Below are positions 14,973-27,101 of a DNA stretch of 64,000 nucleotides, in pieces. Numbering within the stretch: the first letter of the stretch is position 1; each line of letters opens with the position of its first letter. Position numbers and translations under genes: made by a program. The stretch is taken from contig NW_021832267.1 in the NCBI RefSeq assembly GCF_006345805.1, forward strand, positions 13,809 to 77,808. Reading direction: 5' to 3'. This DNA comes from Octopus sinensis (taxonomy: Eukaryota). Below the pieces are notes generated by a model that saw only the letters and a program-made list of their open reading frames with translations, was not told the DNA's origin and searched no databases.

Positions 14973-15559
14973 TGCCCTGATGCAGTTACCAGGCAGTGGA
15001 TAAATGCCCTGATGCAAGTAGTACCAGGCAGTGGCTCTCATGGCTTCTGATTCTTAACTGATTGGAAGTGTTATCATGTACATTGTTTTTGTCTTGGTAT
15101 AAAAGATGGGCTACAGCAAATATTCTGCTCAATACCACAGATTGCTTGTCAGTTGTTTGACGTAACCAGTTGAGCATGTCCCTTAGTGGCTGACGATATG
15201 TGCATCTCGATCACGAGCAGAAGTAGTGGGGGAGCATATATAGCCATGTGTTGAGAGGGATGCTTTGGGGTTTGAATAGTTCACCTCTGGAAACATGGGT
15301 GGTTCTTTCAACATCCTTAAACAACCCTATTCGGGGACCGTTTGAGCGGATGGGCTACTCAACTGAAGAAAATTCAACTGGGCCCCACCTGCAAGGTCAT
15401 GTGCTGTTTATCTTGATATGAGATCACCATGTCGCGCACATATGGTTGTGATGCATGTGCCTGGTGTACCTTTATCAGACGGGTAGTCATGATGGGTATA
15501 TTGGGCTTCGTATATTTTACCCCAGTGTCACTTTGATGGCATGAACTGCTCTCTCACTC

Positions 15560-15560
<1 letters not shown>
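14973..15560 (+). mobile_element. Family C, ~560-bp non-coding element in (TAA)n (copy 1, 5' end duplicated)
   Basis: Begins tgccctgatgcag, ends ctctctcactca then (TAA)n; homologous to five other copies in the window. Confidence 0.88.
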
Positions 15561-15611
<51 letters not shown>

Positions 15612-15615
15612 TAAT

Positions 15616-16178
15616 ATGCTCAACTGGTTAAGGTCAAACAACTGACAAACTAATATGTAGTGTTGAGCAGAACAATTGCTGTAGCCCATCTTTTATATTT
15701 TGTCTTGGTATAAAAGATGGGCTACGGCAATTGTTCTGCTCAATACTACAGATTTGCTTGTCAGTTGTTTGACCTTAACCAGTTGAGTATGTCCCTTAGT
15801 GGCTGACGATATGTGCATCTCTGATCCCGAGCAGAAGTAGTGGGGGAGCATCATAGCCATGTGTTGAGAGGGATTATTTGGGAGTTTGAATAATTCACCT
15901 CTGGAAACATGGGTGGGTCTTTCAACATCCTTAAACAATCCTTATTCAGGGACCTTTTGAGCGGGATGGGCTACTCAACCTGAAGAAAATTTTAACTGGG
16001 CCACACCTTCAAGGTCATGCACTGTTTAACTTGATATGAGATCACGATCTTGCGCACATATGGTTGTGATGCATGTGCCTGGTGTACCCTTATCAAACGG
16101 GTAGTCATGATAGGAATACTGGGCTTCGTATATTTTACCCCAGTGTCACTTTGATGGCATGCACTGCTCTCTCACTCA
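15616..16178 (+). mobile_element. Family C copy 2, 5'-truncated with an 82-bp fold-back inversion
   Basis: 15616-15697 is the reverse complement of 15709-15790; ends ctctctcactca-(TAA)n. Confidence 0.88.
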
Positions 16179-16270
16179 ATAATAATAATAATAATGATAA
16201 TAATAATAATAATAATAATAATATAATAATAATAATAATAATAATAATGATAATAATAATAATAATAATA

Positions 16271-16336
<66 letters not shown>

Positions 16337-16383
16337 TGATAATAATAATAATGATAATAATAATAATAATAATAATAATAATA

Positions 16384-16590
16384 GGGAATGATAAAGAAGC
16401 GGGCTGAGAGATATATTAAGCAACACCTTGGTAACTCCAATCTCCATGAACTACAAAAGATAACCTTGTTGGGTACAGCTCATATACTACGGAAAGCACT
16501 CTCCATCTAAACTGCTACTCTTGGCCTCCGGAGGATGCCCGGTACGAAGGCAGCTGAAATAAAGTTATAATGAAGAGAAACCATAAATGA
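16384..16590 (+). mobile_element. 3' end of a second R4/Dong-like family
   Basis: Manual translation of 16385-16510: GMIKKRAERYIKQHLGNSNLHELQKITLLGTAHILRKALSI*, which parallels the C-terminus of the 13608 element; TAA flanks. Confidence 0.8.
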
Positions 16591-16602
16591 TAATAATAAT
16601 AC

Positions 16603-16970
16603 TTTTCTTTTTACTTGTTTCAGCCATTTGAGTGCGGCCATGCTAGAGCACAGCCTTTAGTCGAGCAAATCGACCCCAGGACTTATTCTTTGTAAGGCTA
16701 GTACTTATTCTATCGGTCGCTTTTGCCGAACCGCTAAGTTACGGGGACGTAAACACACCAGCGTTGGTTGTCAACACACATACATACTTATATATGTATA
16801 CATATATACAACGGGCTTCTTTCAGTTTCCGTCAACCAAATCCACTCACAAGGCTTATATCGCCCGAGGCTATAGTAGAAGACACTTGCCGAAGGTGCTA
16901 CGCAGTGGGACTGAACTGGGCCCCATGTGGTTCGTAAGCAAGCTACTTACCACACAGCCACTCCTATGCA
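16603..16970 (-). mobile_element. tRNA-derived SINE, family D (near full length)
   Basis: Minus strand starts ggagtggctgtgtggtaagtagcttgcttacgaaccacatgg...cagttcagtccc (A/B boxes) and ends gaaacaagtaaaaagaaaag. Confidence 0.85.
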
Positions 16971-16980
16971 TATAATAATG

Positions 16981-17030
<50 letters not shown>

Positions 17031-17031
<1 letters not shown>

Positions 17032-17570
17032 GCCCTGATGGGGCAGTGGCTCTCGTGGCTTCTGATCTTAACTGATTGAAAGTGTTATCATGTACATTGT
17101 TTTGTCTTGCTATAAAAGCAAATATTCTACTTAATACCACAGATTTGCTTGTCTGTTGTTTGACCTTAACCAGTTGAGCATGTCCCTTAGTGGGCTGACG
17201 GTATGTGCATCTCTGATCATGAGCAGAAGTAGTGGGGGAGCATCATAGCCATGTGTTGAGAGGGATTCTTTGGGGTTTGAGATAATTCACCTCTGGAAAC
17301 ATGGGTGGTTCGTTCAACATCCTTAAACAACCCTTATTCAGGGACCTTTTGGGCGGGATGGGTTACTCGACAAGAAGAAAATTCTAACTGGGTCCCACCT
17401 GCAAGGTCATGTGCTGTTTATCTTGATATGAGATCACCATGTTGCGCACATATGGTTGTGATGCATGTGCCTAGTGTACTCTTATCAGACAGGTAGTCAT
17501 GATGGGTATACTGGGCTTCGTATATTTTATCCCAGTGTCACTTTGATGGCATGCTCTGCTCTCTCACTCA
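17031..17570 (+). mobile_element. Family C copy 3
   Basis: tgccctgatg...ctctctcactca, with TAA on both sides. Confidence 0.88.
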
Positions 17571-17615
17571 ATAGTAATAAAAATAAATAATAATAATAAT
17601 AATAATAACGATAAT

Positions 17616-17712
<97 letters not shown>

Positions 17713-19096
17713 GTAATAATAATTGGAATAATTGGCAAAGACATTGATTAGCTTGGCGGTCTATTGTGTACTGTATGAGAGGATAATGTATTCTTGCATA
17801 CACTAACATTGATTAGAACTAGAATTAGCAGAATTTGTAATACTCTAAGTTTGAAACCCACATGTACAATCTGTGGAATTTAACTGAATTGCTTTTATGT
17901 TTTCCCATCACAACCAATTAACTCATATATTTTATGCTGTGTCATTTTCCCCCCACATTTATTGAGAAATCCTAAATCGCCAGATGATAAATAGTCGACG
18001 ATACTGTATCACTTAACAACCTGACAAGAATGTATGCCGTCTTGTCTACAACGATCCTGAATGAAACACAAACATTTTGAAATTGCTACAGTTCCAGTGC
18101 CATACACAATTCCCGCTCCGTACGGTATTTATGTTCAAATACGAAAGCGCAAGGAGACGGAAATAATGTAAAATAAAATAGTGATGTCCACCATTTTGTG
18201 CCCTCTTTATGTTGATAGTTTATGTAAATTCTTCATATTTACACAAGCTTTATTCACCGTCAAAAATTGACAGTTATTTTCATCGCATATTCTTTAGAAG
18301 AGTTGTAGAGCTATAGTTATAAATTTCCATTTTCCGTCATTCTTCTCTGGATCTCGGCTGTTCAATCCCCGCTTTCGTTTTATCATTGTGTAAAAGACAA
18401 ATGATATATAGAACACAGCAAATGCTCTCATTTTTATGTTTTTTTAGTCACTTTCTATATTCTATTCTATTAGCAGGTTTGCGACGCATCATTGACGTTT
18501 CTCTTAAATCTTGCTTCTTAAAAAAAAAATTATAAAATAATTGCCGCTTTTGCCGTATTTTTTATGTGATTACGTTGTTTGAATAAACTATGTCTAATTA
18601 GGGATTTGGTCCTCCAAGCAGAGGTTGAAATAATTCTCTGTGAGCGTCGGAGAAGAGGAAGAGCGAGAAGGGGAGAGGGAGAGAGAGAGGGAGCAAAAAA
18701 AGAAGTAAGAAAAAGAGTGAGGAGAGACTAAGTGAGAGCGGAAGCAAAAGTGCTTTTATTTACAGCTTGGAACTAGATCAATCTTAAATAACTACGTAAG
18801 AAATAAAACACGTTAAAATTTTTAAAAAAACCTGCGTCGCATATACAAAAAAACACTTACATACATTCATACACACATTCACAGACGCACAGTCATGAAT
18901 ACATGCAAGCGTTAACACGCTATCTTCAAGGTGAGGTTTTCGCAGGGATGCAATGTTTTATGAATAGCGATTATTTATTGTATATTTTTGTATGGGAATT
19001 AGGCGAAATGGAAAGGCTGAGAATGACTGACGTAAAGGCTTCCTCGTGGGTTGGAAATATCTGGAGTTTCAAGCCAAGGTGTATATGAGACATATA

Positions 19097-19166
<70 letters not shown>

Positions 19167-19781
19167 ATATATGGTGTGTGTGTGTGGGTGTGGGAGAGGA
19201 GAGAGAGGAGAGAGAGAGGAGAGAGACAGAGACAGAGACAGAAAGAGCCTTTTAGTATGCCTTTCAAAGCCAGTTCACTGTATTCGGCTACCTGGTGTCA
19301 TCGACAATATGGGTTTAAATGGCACTGGATTTACTTCTGGAATTCCTTCGTGTCCTTAGAGTTTATAGCATATGAAAGAAGGAGAAAGAAAGTGGAATTC
19401 GTGACATTCTTTAGTAATCACTACGATCGTTTCGACCCATCGTGCATCGGTCCCTTGCGGGTCGGATCCTGCACAAATGATTCTGGTGCATCATTCGGCG
19501 CAGATGTGCTTTATCAGGTTAACTGTCAAATGTAGCTCATTCTTTAATCTTAGTTTCGCTTATTTCGATTAAAATTCATTCTGGCAGTTTTCTGTAGTTA
19601 CTTGCATACACGAAAAAACTTGAGTTAGAATTAAGAACACTTCTCTTGTAAGTAATCAATTGACTTACAAAGAATAAAAAATAAAATAAGTATAAAATAA
19701 CCCGTGAATCAAATAATATGCTTAACAGATATGAAATAGCTAAACTAAAATCACATATATACATACATGCGTGTATATATA

Positions 19782-19824
<43 letters not shown>

Positions 19825-19834
<10 letters not shown>

Positions 19835-20045
19835 CCATTCTGTGTGTGTGTGTGTGGTGGCTTCTAGGATCACGGGCATCCTCCGTCCGATTGAGCTCAA
19901 ATTTGATATGTAGACACCGACAGCATCAGGGCGCGTATAAGTCTTGAAAAAATTACAAAAATCGATTCCAGGTGAGAATGCGATCGATAAGCCGTGGAAA
20001 TCGTTTTTCTTTGGAATAGAAAAAAGTCTATCTTTATTTCTTCTT
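19825..20045 (+). mobile_element. Possible 5' part of a non-autonomous Helitron-like element
   Basis: (TA)n-aaatccattc-(GT)n followed by ccgattgagctcaaatttgatatgtag, a layout I recall from DINE/HINE-type elements; no 3' CTRR end found. Confidence 0.35.
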
Positions 20046-20073
20046 TTGTTGATGTCTCAAATTTAGGTTAAAT

Positions 20074-20133
20074 CAGTGTTTCTCAAAGGGGAGGGCTATG
20101 GGAGGGTCGGACAAGTTGTTTTGAGAAAATTTG
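20074..20133. mobile_element. 60-bp hAT-like mini element
   Basis: TIRs cagtgtttctcaaa / tttgagaaaatttg (11/14); 8-bp TSD ggttaaat / gtttaaat (7/8). Confidence 0.55.
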
Positions 20134-20188
20134 GTTTAAATGTTTGACAACACAACACCATCCATTGGATGGGGGGCGTTTTGCTCGA

Positions 20189-20253
<65 letters not shown>

Positions 20254-20429
20254 CGAGTGAAAGATACTCATCTAAAAGAAAGATACTCATCTAAAAATAT
20301 AAGCACACACACACACAACACAAACATATACACACGCGCGCATTCATACATATAAACATATTGGTATATATTTGACAGAACAACAGAAATATTAGATGAA
20401 GAAATTAGGTATGTGGTGTAGTTGTAATT

Positions 20430-21450
20430 GATGATGATGATGATGATGGTGGTAGTGGTGTTGTTGTTGTTGGTGGTGGTGGTGGTGGCGGTGGTGGTGG
20501 TGGTGATGATGATAATGACGAAGACGACGAAACGTTCACGATGAGGATGATATTGTACTTGCTGTTCTTGATTCAGAAACGAAAGAGAACATATAATACA
20601 TCCCCCTCCCCCACCCAGCCCAACCTGTCGCCTGAGCCATAAACAAAAAAACAAAACACAAACCAAAAGAATAGAAAAACAAATCTTCAGTTTGTCTTTG
20701 TGTAGAAGTTGAAAAACATCATCATTTACAGACACAGTGAAAATTATTGTTATTACAGATGTACACGTTTTTATTGTTGTTTGTTGTTGTTGTTGCGATG
20801 ATAGATGTCAGAGAAGTGAGAGCGATGGCGGCGGCGGCGTTGATGCTGGTGCTGTTGATACTGTTGGTCATCGTCGTATATTCTCTTGCGGAGTTTCTGG
20901 TTTGGATGGCAGTAATGGTCTTGGTGATGGTGGTGGTGGCGGTGGTGGTGCTGTTGCTGCTGGTGGTAGTGGTGGTGATGGTGATGGTGGTGTGGTGGTG
21001 GTGGTGGTGGTGGTGATGGTGGTGGTGGTGGTGGTGGTGGCGGTGGTGGTGGTGCTGCTGCTGGTGGTAGTGGTGGTGATTGTGATGGTGGTGGTGATGG
21101 TGGTGGTAGTGGTGGTGGTGGTGGTGGTGGTGGTGGTGGTGGCGGTGGGGTGGTGGTGGTGGTAGGGGTCCTGGTTGTGGTGGTGGTCAAGGTTGTTACG
21201 ATGTGTGTTATATACCAGACAGTTTGCCGTCAAGACATGCCTCGTCTTATTATTATCATCATTATTATTATTATTGTTGCTGTCGTTGTTGTTGCTGCTG
21301 ATGATGTGATTGTTGTTGTTATAAGTGGATGTTGATGTTGTTGTTATCGTTTATGTTACGTTGGCCTGTTGTCGCATGTGTTGTTGTTGTTCTCGTCTTA
21401 GTAGTTGTTAGTGTCGGCAGGCGTGAGTGTGGTGTTACGCGGCGTGATGA
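20430..21450. repeat. Degenerate (GGT/GAT/GTT)n trinucleotide tracts
   Basis: Directly visible; source of the poly-V/P/T/H ORFs. Confidence 0.9.
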
Positions 21451-21534
21451 CGGTGAAGGGCGTCAGCGTGGTGAATGCTGAGTGAATACGTGAATGATGA
21501 CACCGAATGGTGTGTGTGCTTGTGTGCACATTTT

Positions 21535-21579
<45 letters not shown>

Positions 21580-21699
21580 CGTATATAAACATACATTTAC
21601 ACACACAAACACATACATACAAAATTAGACAGAAAGAGAGGAAGCTAGAGACATACATGCATATATACGTACATACACATATAATATATATAATATAAA

Positions 21700-21735
<36 letters not shown>

Positions 21736-21869
21736 TATATAATATATATACACTATATATATATAAATGCTATATATATAATATTATACTATATATATAT
21801 ATATATATAATATATATTATATATATATTATATACACTATATATATATAATGCTATATATATATATATA

Positions 21870-21941
<72 letters not shown>

Positions 21942-22529
21942 TATATATATATAAATGATATATATATATATGTATACATATATCTTTATATATAACTCCG
22001 CACACGTTTGAAAATACAAACACTCATATATATATATATATATATTATACATACATACACATAAATCCATATATACATACATGCACAGATAACATACGTA
22101 CGCACAAGCATACATAGACGCATGCTATCATCAGTGTTATTCGCCAAGTAGGCGGCGCCACCACGAACACCTTCCACAAGTTGTTTGAATGTTAGGTATC
22201 TGTGCCATATAATCAGTGAAGAAACGATTTATGTACTTCTTGATTTCATGGTTTATCCATCTAGCGGCAACTCTGGACATTAGAAAGCATCATATTGTTC
22301 TCAAAGAAAGGGGTGTTTTCGATTCCATCGCAAATGACACCAAAGTACTACATATGGCGATAGAAGGTATCCAGTCATGCAATGCAACCTCTTCAAGCTA
22401 TGGGATTTTTTTGTTTTGTTTTATTTTTCGATTTTTTCTTTATTTCTTATCTTTATTTGTATTTTCTACTTTCTTAGATTATATATTACTAAAGACGGTA
22501 AATATTACGAACTGTTGGCTAGATGGCGC

Positions 22530-22560
22530 CAGTGGTAGCAGTAGTAGTAGTAGTAGTAGT

Positions 22561-22604
<44 letters not shown>

Positions 22605-22870
22605 TAGTAGTAGTGTAGTAGTAGTAGTAGTAGTAGGAGGAGGAGTTCTGGTGGTGGTGGTGGTGGTGGTGCTGCTGCTGGTGCTGGTGGTGCTGGTGGT
22701 GCTGGTAGTGGTGGTGGTGGTGGTGCACTGTTGATGATGGCTGGTGAAGAAGGGAAGTTGATGATGGTGATGATGATGGTGCGTTTCATATCAACGTTAA
22801 TGGTATGATAAAAATGACGGTAACGGTGGTGTTGGGGGTGGTGGTGGCGATTGTAGTGGCGTTGGTAATG
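22530..22870. repeat. Compound (GTA)n/(GCA)n/(GGT)n repeat
   Basis: Directly visible. Confidence 0.9.
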
Positions 22871-23223
22871 TCTTATAGTGATGGTATTGGTTCTGCTCAA
22901 ATGAATTGGGCGAAGAAAGAATCCATCAAGCTGATGAGGGACAAAGAAATTATTAAAAGCAAAATCGTAAACTCGTTGGAACGTTAGACTCGATCAATGA
23001 TCTTACCTGATGCTACATCATATGACACGTTATGATATATTACGAAACCATATGATATCATATGGTGTTGGGCTTTAGCGATTGACGGTAGGGAGGGAAA
23101 CCTGCTCCAATTATTTGCAAAAGTGAGGATGCCACTAAACGCATCGAGGGTGCAGCGGTGTTATACCGAGCGAAGGAAGAAATGGACGATTTTGATATGA
23201 AGAAAAAATATATGAATTGACAT

Positions 23224-23450
23224 CGGCGAACTGGCAGAAACGTTAGCACGCCGGGCGAAATGCGGAGCCGTATTTCGTCTGCCGTTACGTTCTGAGTTCA
23301 AATTCCGCCGAGGTCGACTTTGTCTTTCATCCTTTCGGGGTCGATAAATTAAGTACCAGATACGCACTGGGGTCGATGCAATCGACTTAATTCGTTTATC
23401 TGTTCTTGTTTGCCCCCTCTATGTTTAGCCCCTTGTGGATAATAAAGAAA
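23224..23450 (+). mobile_element. SINE family A with tail type 2 (...ccctctatgtttagccccttgtgg...aaagaaa)
   Basis: Head cggcgaactggcagaaacgttagcacgcc, B box gagttcaaattcc, core gtcgactttgtctttcatcc. Confidence 0.9.
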
Positions 23451-23494
23451 CATATATATTATATTATTTAATATTATATTGTGATATGATATAG

Positions 23495-23709
23495 GGCGGC
23501 GAGCTGGCAGAGTTGCTACCACGCCGGGCAAAGTGATTAACGGCATTTTCGTTTGTTTTTACATTCTGAGTCCAGTTACCGCCAAGGTCGATTTTGCATT
23601 TCATCCTTTCGGGGTTCGGGATCGATAAAATCAAGCACTAGGGTCGATGTAATCGACAACTCACTTCCGCCAAATTTCAGATCTTGTGCCTATAGTAGAA
23701 ACGGTATTA
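23495..23709 (+). mobile_element. SINE family A with tail type 3 (...cttgtgcctatagtagaaa)
   Basis: Head ggcggcgagctggcagag and the same core. Confidence 0.85.
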
Positions 23710-25122
23710 CATCCTATAATATGTTGTGGCGTGATTTCATATGATATACGATACAGCTTAAGACATTATATGGTATAATGTAGTATATGACTTATGATAT
23801 ACAACATATGATTATACATATGATATGATATGATATATGATGTGTAATGAGATATATGGGACATCAAACGACACTATATAGTATATGATGTGATACAAAC
23901 TATGTATGATGTGAAGATATTCGTACATAACAAGTGCTTAGTGCTGGGGGTTTTCGTGTTGATATCTTTGTTATATCGCACGTTCGGATGACCTCTACTC
24001 AACTCTGGCGTCTAGACTTCTCCCTCTATATCTACGTATCGGGCTAGCCTACTTCATCGTCTGGGGGCGTCCACACAACATTAAAATGTTGGGTTTAGAA
24101 AATGAAATTAAATTATAAGAATATAAAAAAGAAACGGTCATCGTTGTGAACCAACGTGACTCCTTATTTTGCCGTCCAATCTTTTAAAATCTGCACTAAA
24201 TACCCTTTAAATTATACCCAAGGTGTTAAAAACTGAAAAGCATATAGGATAATATAATCCAAGATACACTATGTCTGAGAAAACTATGGAACTGTCATGG
24301 GTGGAACGTCTTTGGAAATCTAGGACTTAGAGTTTATCGTCAATTCACATTATCTTTGGCAAATGCCTTCTGTAGTATTCTCATATTTAGTAAAAATGCA
24401 AATAAAACTAGTAATTTCGAATAAAAACATCTAGAATTGTTTGTTCTTCCCAAGTTACACGAATGCTCCCTTGTCAGTCTTCCTATCCTAAATGCAGTAA
24501 ACAAGTGAACGGTCTGTTGGATATCAGTAACAATTAATGCTTTTGCTGACAATGTGTCAGATAAATAATCAATCGAGTTTGAGCTTTGGCCTAACAACAA
24601 CAACAACAATAATGATAAATGCTATATCAACGGATACATTGATGTGACTGCACATATGATTTTTACACATAGTAATAACATCATTAACGAGGATTCACCA
24701 AGAATAGTTATAATATTCATGTTATCAACAATAAAAGTTTATGATACATCACACGAAGGGGTGATGCTATCATTAACGTACGCGTGCGGTCAACCAGAGA
24801 AACTTCTACGTGGTGATTAAAAGTATTAGAAACAGCATCTCGAGATCTTCCACACACACCTTACGTTTAAGTAATATCCTTTAGCCTCTTGACAGAGGCC
24901 CCAAATTTCCCTCAAATAGCAATACATTAACAATGAAAAGAAAAACTGGTAGCATAATTTACTCGTATGTACGCTACGTCTAAATGAAAGAGGCCTTCGT
25001 CTTAGCTAGAAAGCCTTGATCATAGGAAGACAACTGGATCGGGGATGATCTGACAATAAATAAACTATAATAAAATAATCAACAAAACAAGTGAGGCAAT
25101 GTTTCTAACTCAAGTGCTAGAT

Positions 25123-25450
25123 CACGGGTCCTCATCCTTTTTTTAATTTATGGACTCCTTTCGTTACTATTTTATTTTAATGGACCACCATAGCCATTCG
25201 ATGTTTAAAAACCAGTTTTATAGAAACTTCTTTCAAATTTCTTATTTTGTTTTTCATACATCCACTTGTGTAGTTTGAACTATGGAAACCCAACTGTTTC
25301 TTGTAATACCTACCAATACTTACATCTTAAGCAAAATTTTTCAGAGGCACTTGAGATACTATTGTGAATCGTCAAGTCTACTATTTTGCATGGACCCCAA
25401 AATCTTATTTGGGCCCTCAGGGTCCATATGGACCCGGTTGAGAACCACTG
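25123..25450. mobile_element. hAT (Charlie-like) MITE, 328 bp
   Basis: Ends cacgggtcctcatcc / ggttgagaaccactg; perfect 8-bp TSD tgctagat (25115-25122, 25451-25458). Confidence 0.85.
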
Positions 25451-25989
25451 TGCTAGATGGTTAGATTAAACTCTTGTGACAGAATTTATGGCTACGGCTG
25501 AAATGGCCTTTGATCATAGGCAACACTTAGGATGAAGCCACAACAGTATGACCCATTGCCGTACATACCACACATCATTAGGAAAGTGAATGACATACAA
25601 ATGAATCTCCCAAAAGGAAAGACACGTTACAGCGTCTGGTTCATTTTTTGTGTTCTTATATCCAATAACAACTCGGCTTATTTCGATCATCATCCTTCTA
25701 AGAACGACAGCATGAGGCACCAGTTGACTAATGGGCTTGAATTAGTCCTCTAAACATCTTTTCAAAGTACATGGAACCGGAACTATTTTAATTCACTATT
25801 ACAGTCATTCGCATGGCGTTGGATTGGCAGAGCTGTGAAGGTGTAGAGCAAAATGTCTCTTCAGCACTTGTTTCAGCTGTGTGCGTTCTAAGTTCAACTT
25901 TGTTTTTTTTTCATCCTTTCAAGGTCGATAAAACAAAGTACCAATGATATGAATCGGATAAAATGTTTAGCGGGGTTTCTTCCAACTCA

Positions 25990-26140
25990 TTACGTTCTGA
26001 ATTCAATTTCCACAAGGATTAACTTTTGCCATTCACCCCTCTGGGGTCGATAAAATGGAGTACTAGTCAAGTACTGGGGTCGATTGTATCGACCAAATCC
26101 CTCCCCTCGAATTGTTACTCTTGAGCCAAAAGTCGAAATC
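25990..26140 (+). mobile_element. SINE family A, 5'-truncated and degraded (another remnant at 25815-25945)
   Basis: ttacgttctgaattcaatttcc...ggggtcgataaaatggagtac...ggggtcgattg. Confidence 0.65.
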
Positions 26141-26690
26141 ATCATTATTATTATCAATATCTCGAGATTACTGAGTCTTCGTTTATACTTCATAGGTCTT
26201 GGAAATATCGAAGTTTACTTCACTGTGGTCGTTCAACATTTTAAATAAATACAAGAACTGCTCCAGAAAAGAAAAGGGGTTTTGATCAAATGAATTGATT
26301 CTAACGTATTATGGAAGACTTAATTTGTTTGTTCCATCAGCTGGATATAGCAGTCAAATTTTCTTCAAAATACCCTATTTTCTAAAAAAAAAAATAGACA
26401 CGTACACTAATCTTGAAAATAGACACGTACACAATCTTGAAAATCTTTTTGCACTGCAAAAAGACGGGGTGGTCACGGTTGAAACAAGAATACGGTTGAG
26501 TGAACATTAAGTCGCTAAAAACCAAATCTCCGTTAATGTAGATATCTCATCGTTAGAAAGACAAGATGGTCATGGCTGGAACGCTTTTGATCAAAGGTTT
26601 GTCCGATCAAGGATGATCTTATACGTTTATCTATCCTCGTAATGGAAAAGTGAAAGACGACGCAGGAAAAAGAATGACCTTATGTTTTTG

Positions 26691-27101
26691 TATTTCTTTA
26701 TTGCCCACATAGGGCTAAATATAGAGGGGACAAACAAGGACAAAGTATTTTAGTCGATTACATCGACCCCAATGCGTAAATGGTAATTATTTAATCGACC
26801 TCGAAAGGATGAAAGGCAAAGTCGACCTCGGCGTAATTTGAACTCAGAAGGTAACGCTAGACGAAATACCTATTTCTTTACTACCCACAAGGGGTTAAAC
26901 ATAGAGGGAACAAACAAGGACAGACAAAGGGATTAAGTCGATTACATCGACCCCAGTGCGTAACTGGTACTTAATTTATCGACCCCGAAAGGATGAAAGG
27001 CAAAGTCGACCTCGGTGGAATTTGAACTCAGAAGGTAACGCTAGACGAAATACCGCTAGGCATTTCGCCCGGAGTGGTAACGATTCTGCCAGCTCGCCGC
27101 C
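26691..27101 (-). mobile_element. Head-to-tail dimer of SINE family A (26691-26870 truncated + 26871-27101 full)
   Basis: Both units begin tatttcttta on the + strand and share the variant cagaaggtaacgctagacgaaatacc. Confidence 0.9.

Larger units (their letters stand above)
24170..26620 (+). mobile_element. Cluster of degraded family E repeat fragments (about 24170-24330, 24770-25075, 25470-25525, 26350-26620)
   Basis: Recurrent motif (ga)tggtcatggctggaa..cc/cttttgatcatagg in several diverged copies; related sequence at 46430-46612 and 37185-37270 (minus). Confidence 0.5.

Noticed and set aside
14973-15070. HDV-like ribozyme at the 5' end of family C (ggc-tctcatg-gct resembles P3/L3)
   Set aside because: I could not find matching P1 and P2 pairings by eye; left as a computational test.
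19915-19928. 14-bp identity acaccgacagcatc with 62734-62747
   Set aside because: A match of this length is expected by chance in a 64-kb self-comparison, and the flanks are unrelated.
20737-21335. Poly-Pro/His/Gln/Thr ORFs resembling extensin- or transcription-factor-like low-complexity proteins
   Set aside because: Open in several frames on both strands because of (GGT)n repeats; no non-repetitive domain.
22925-22960. CTGATGA followed by GAAAT as a possible hammerhead
   Set aside because: No stem II pairing and no stem I or NUH arrangement.
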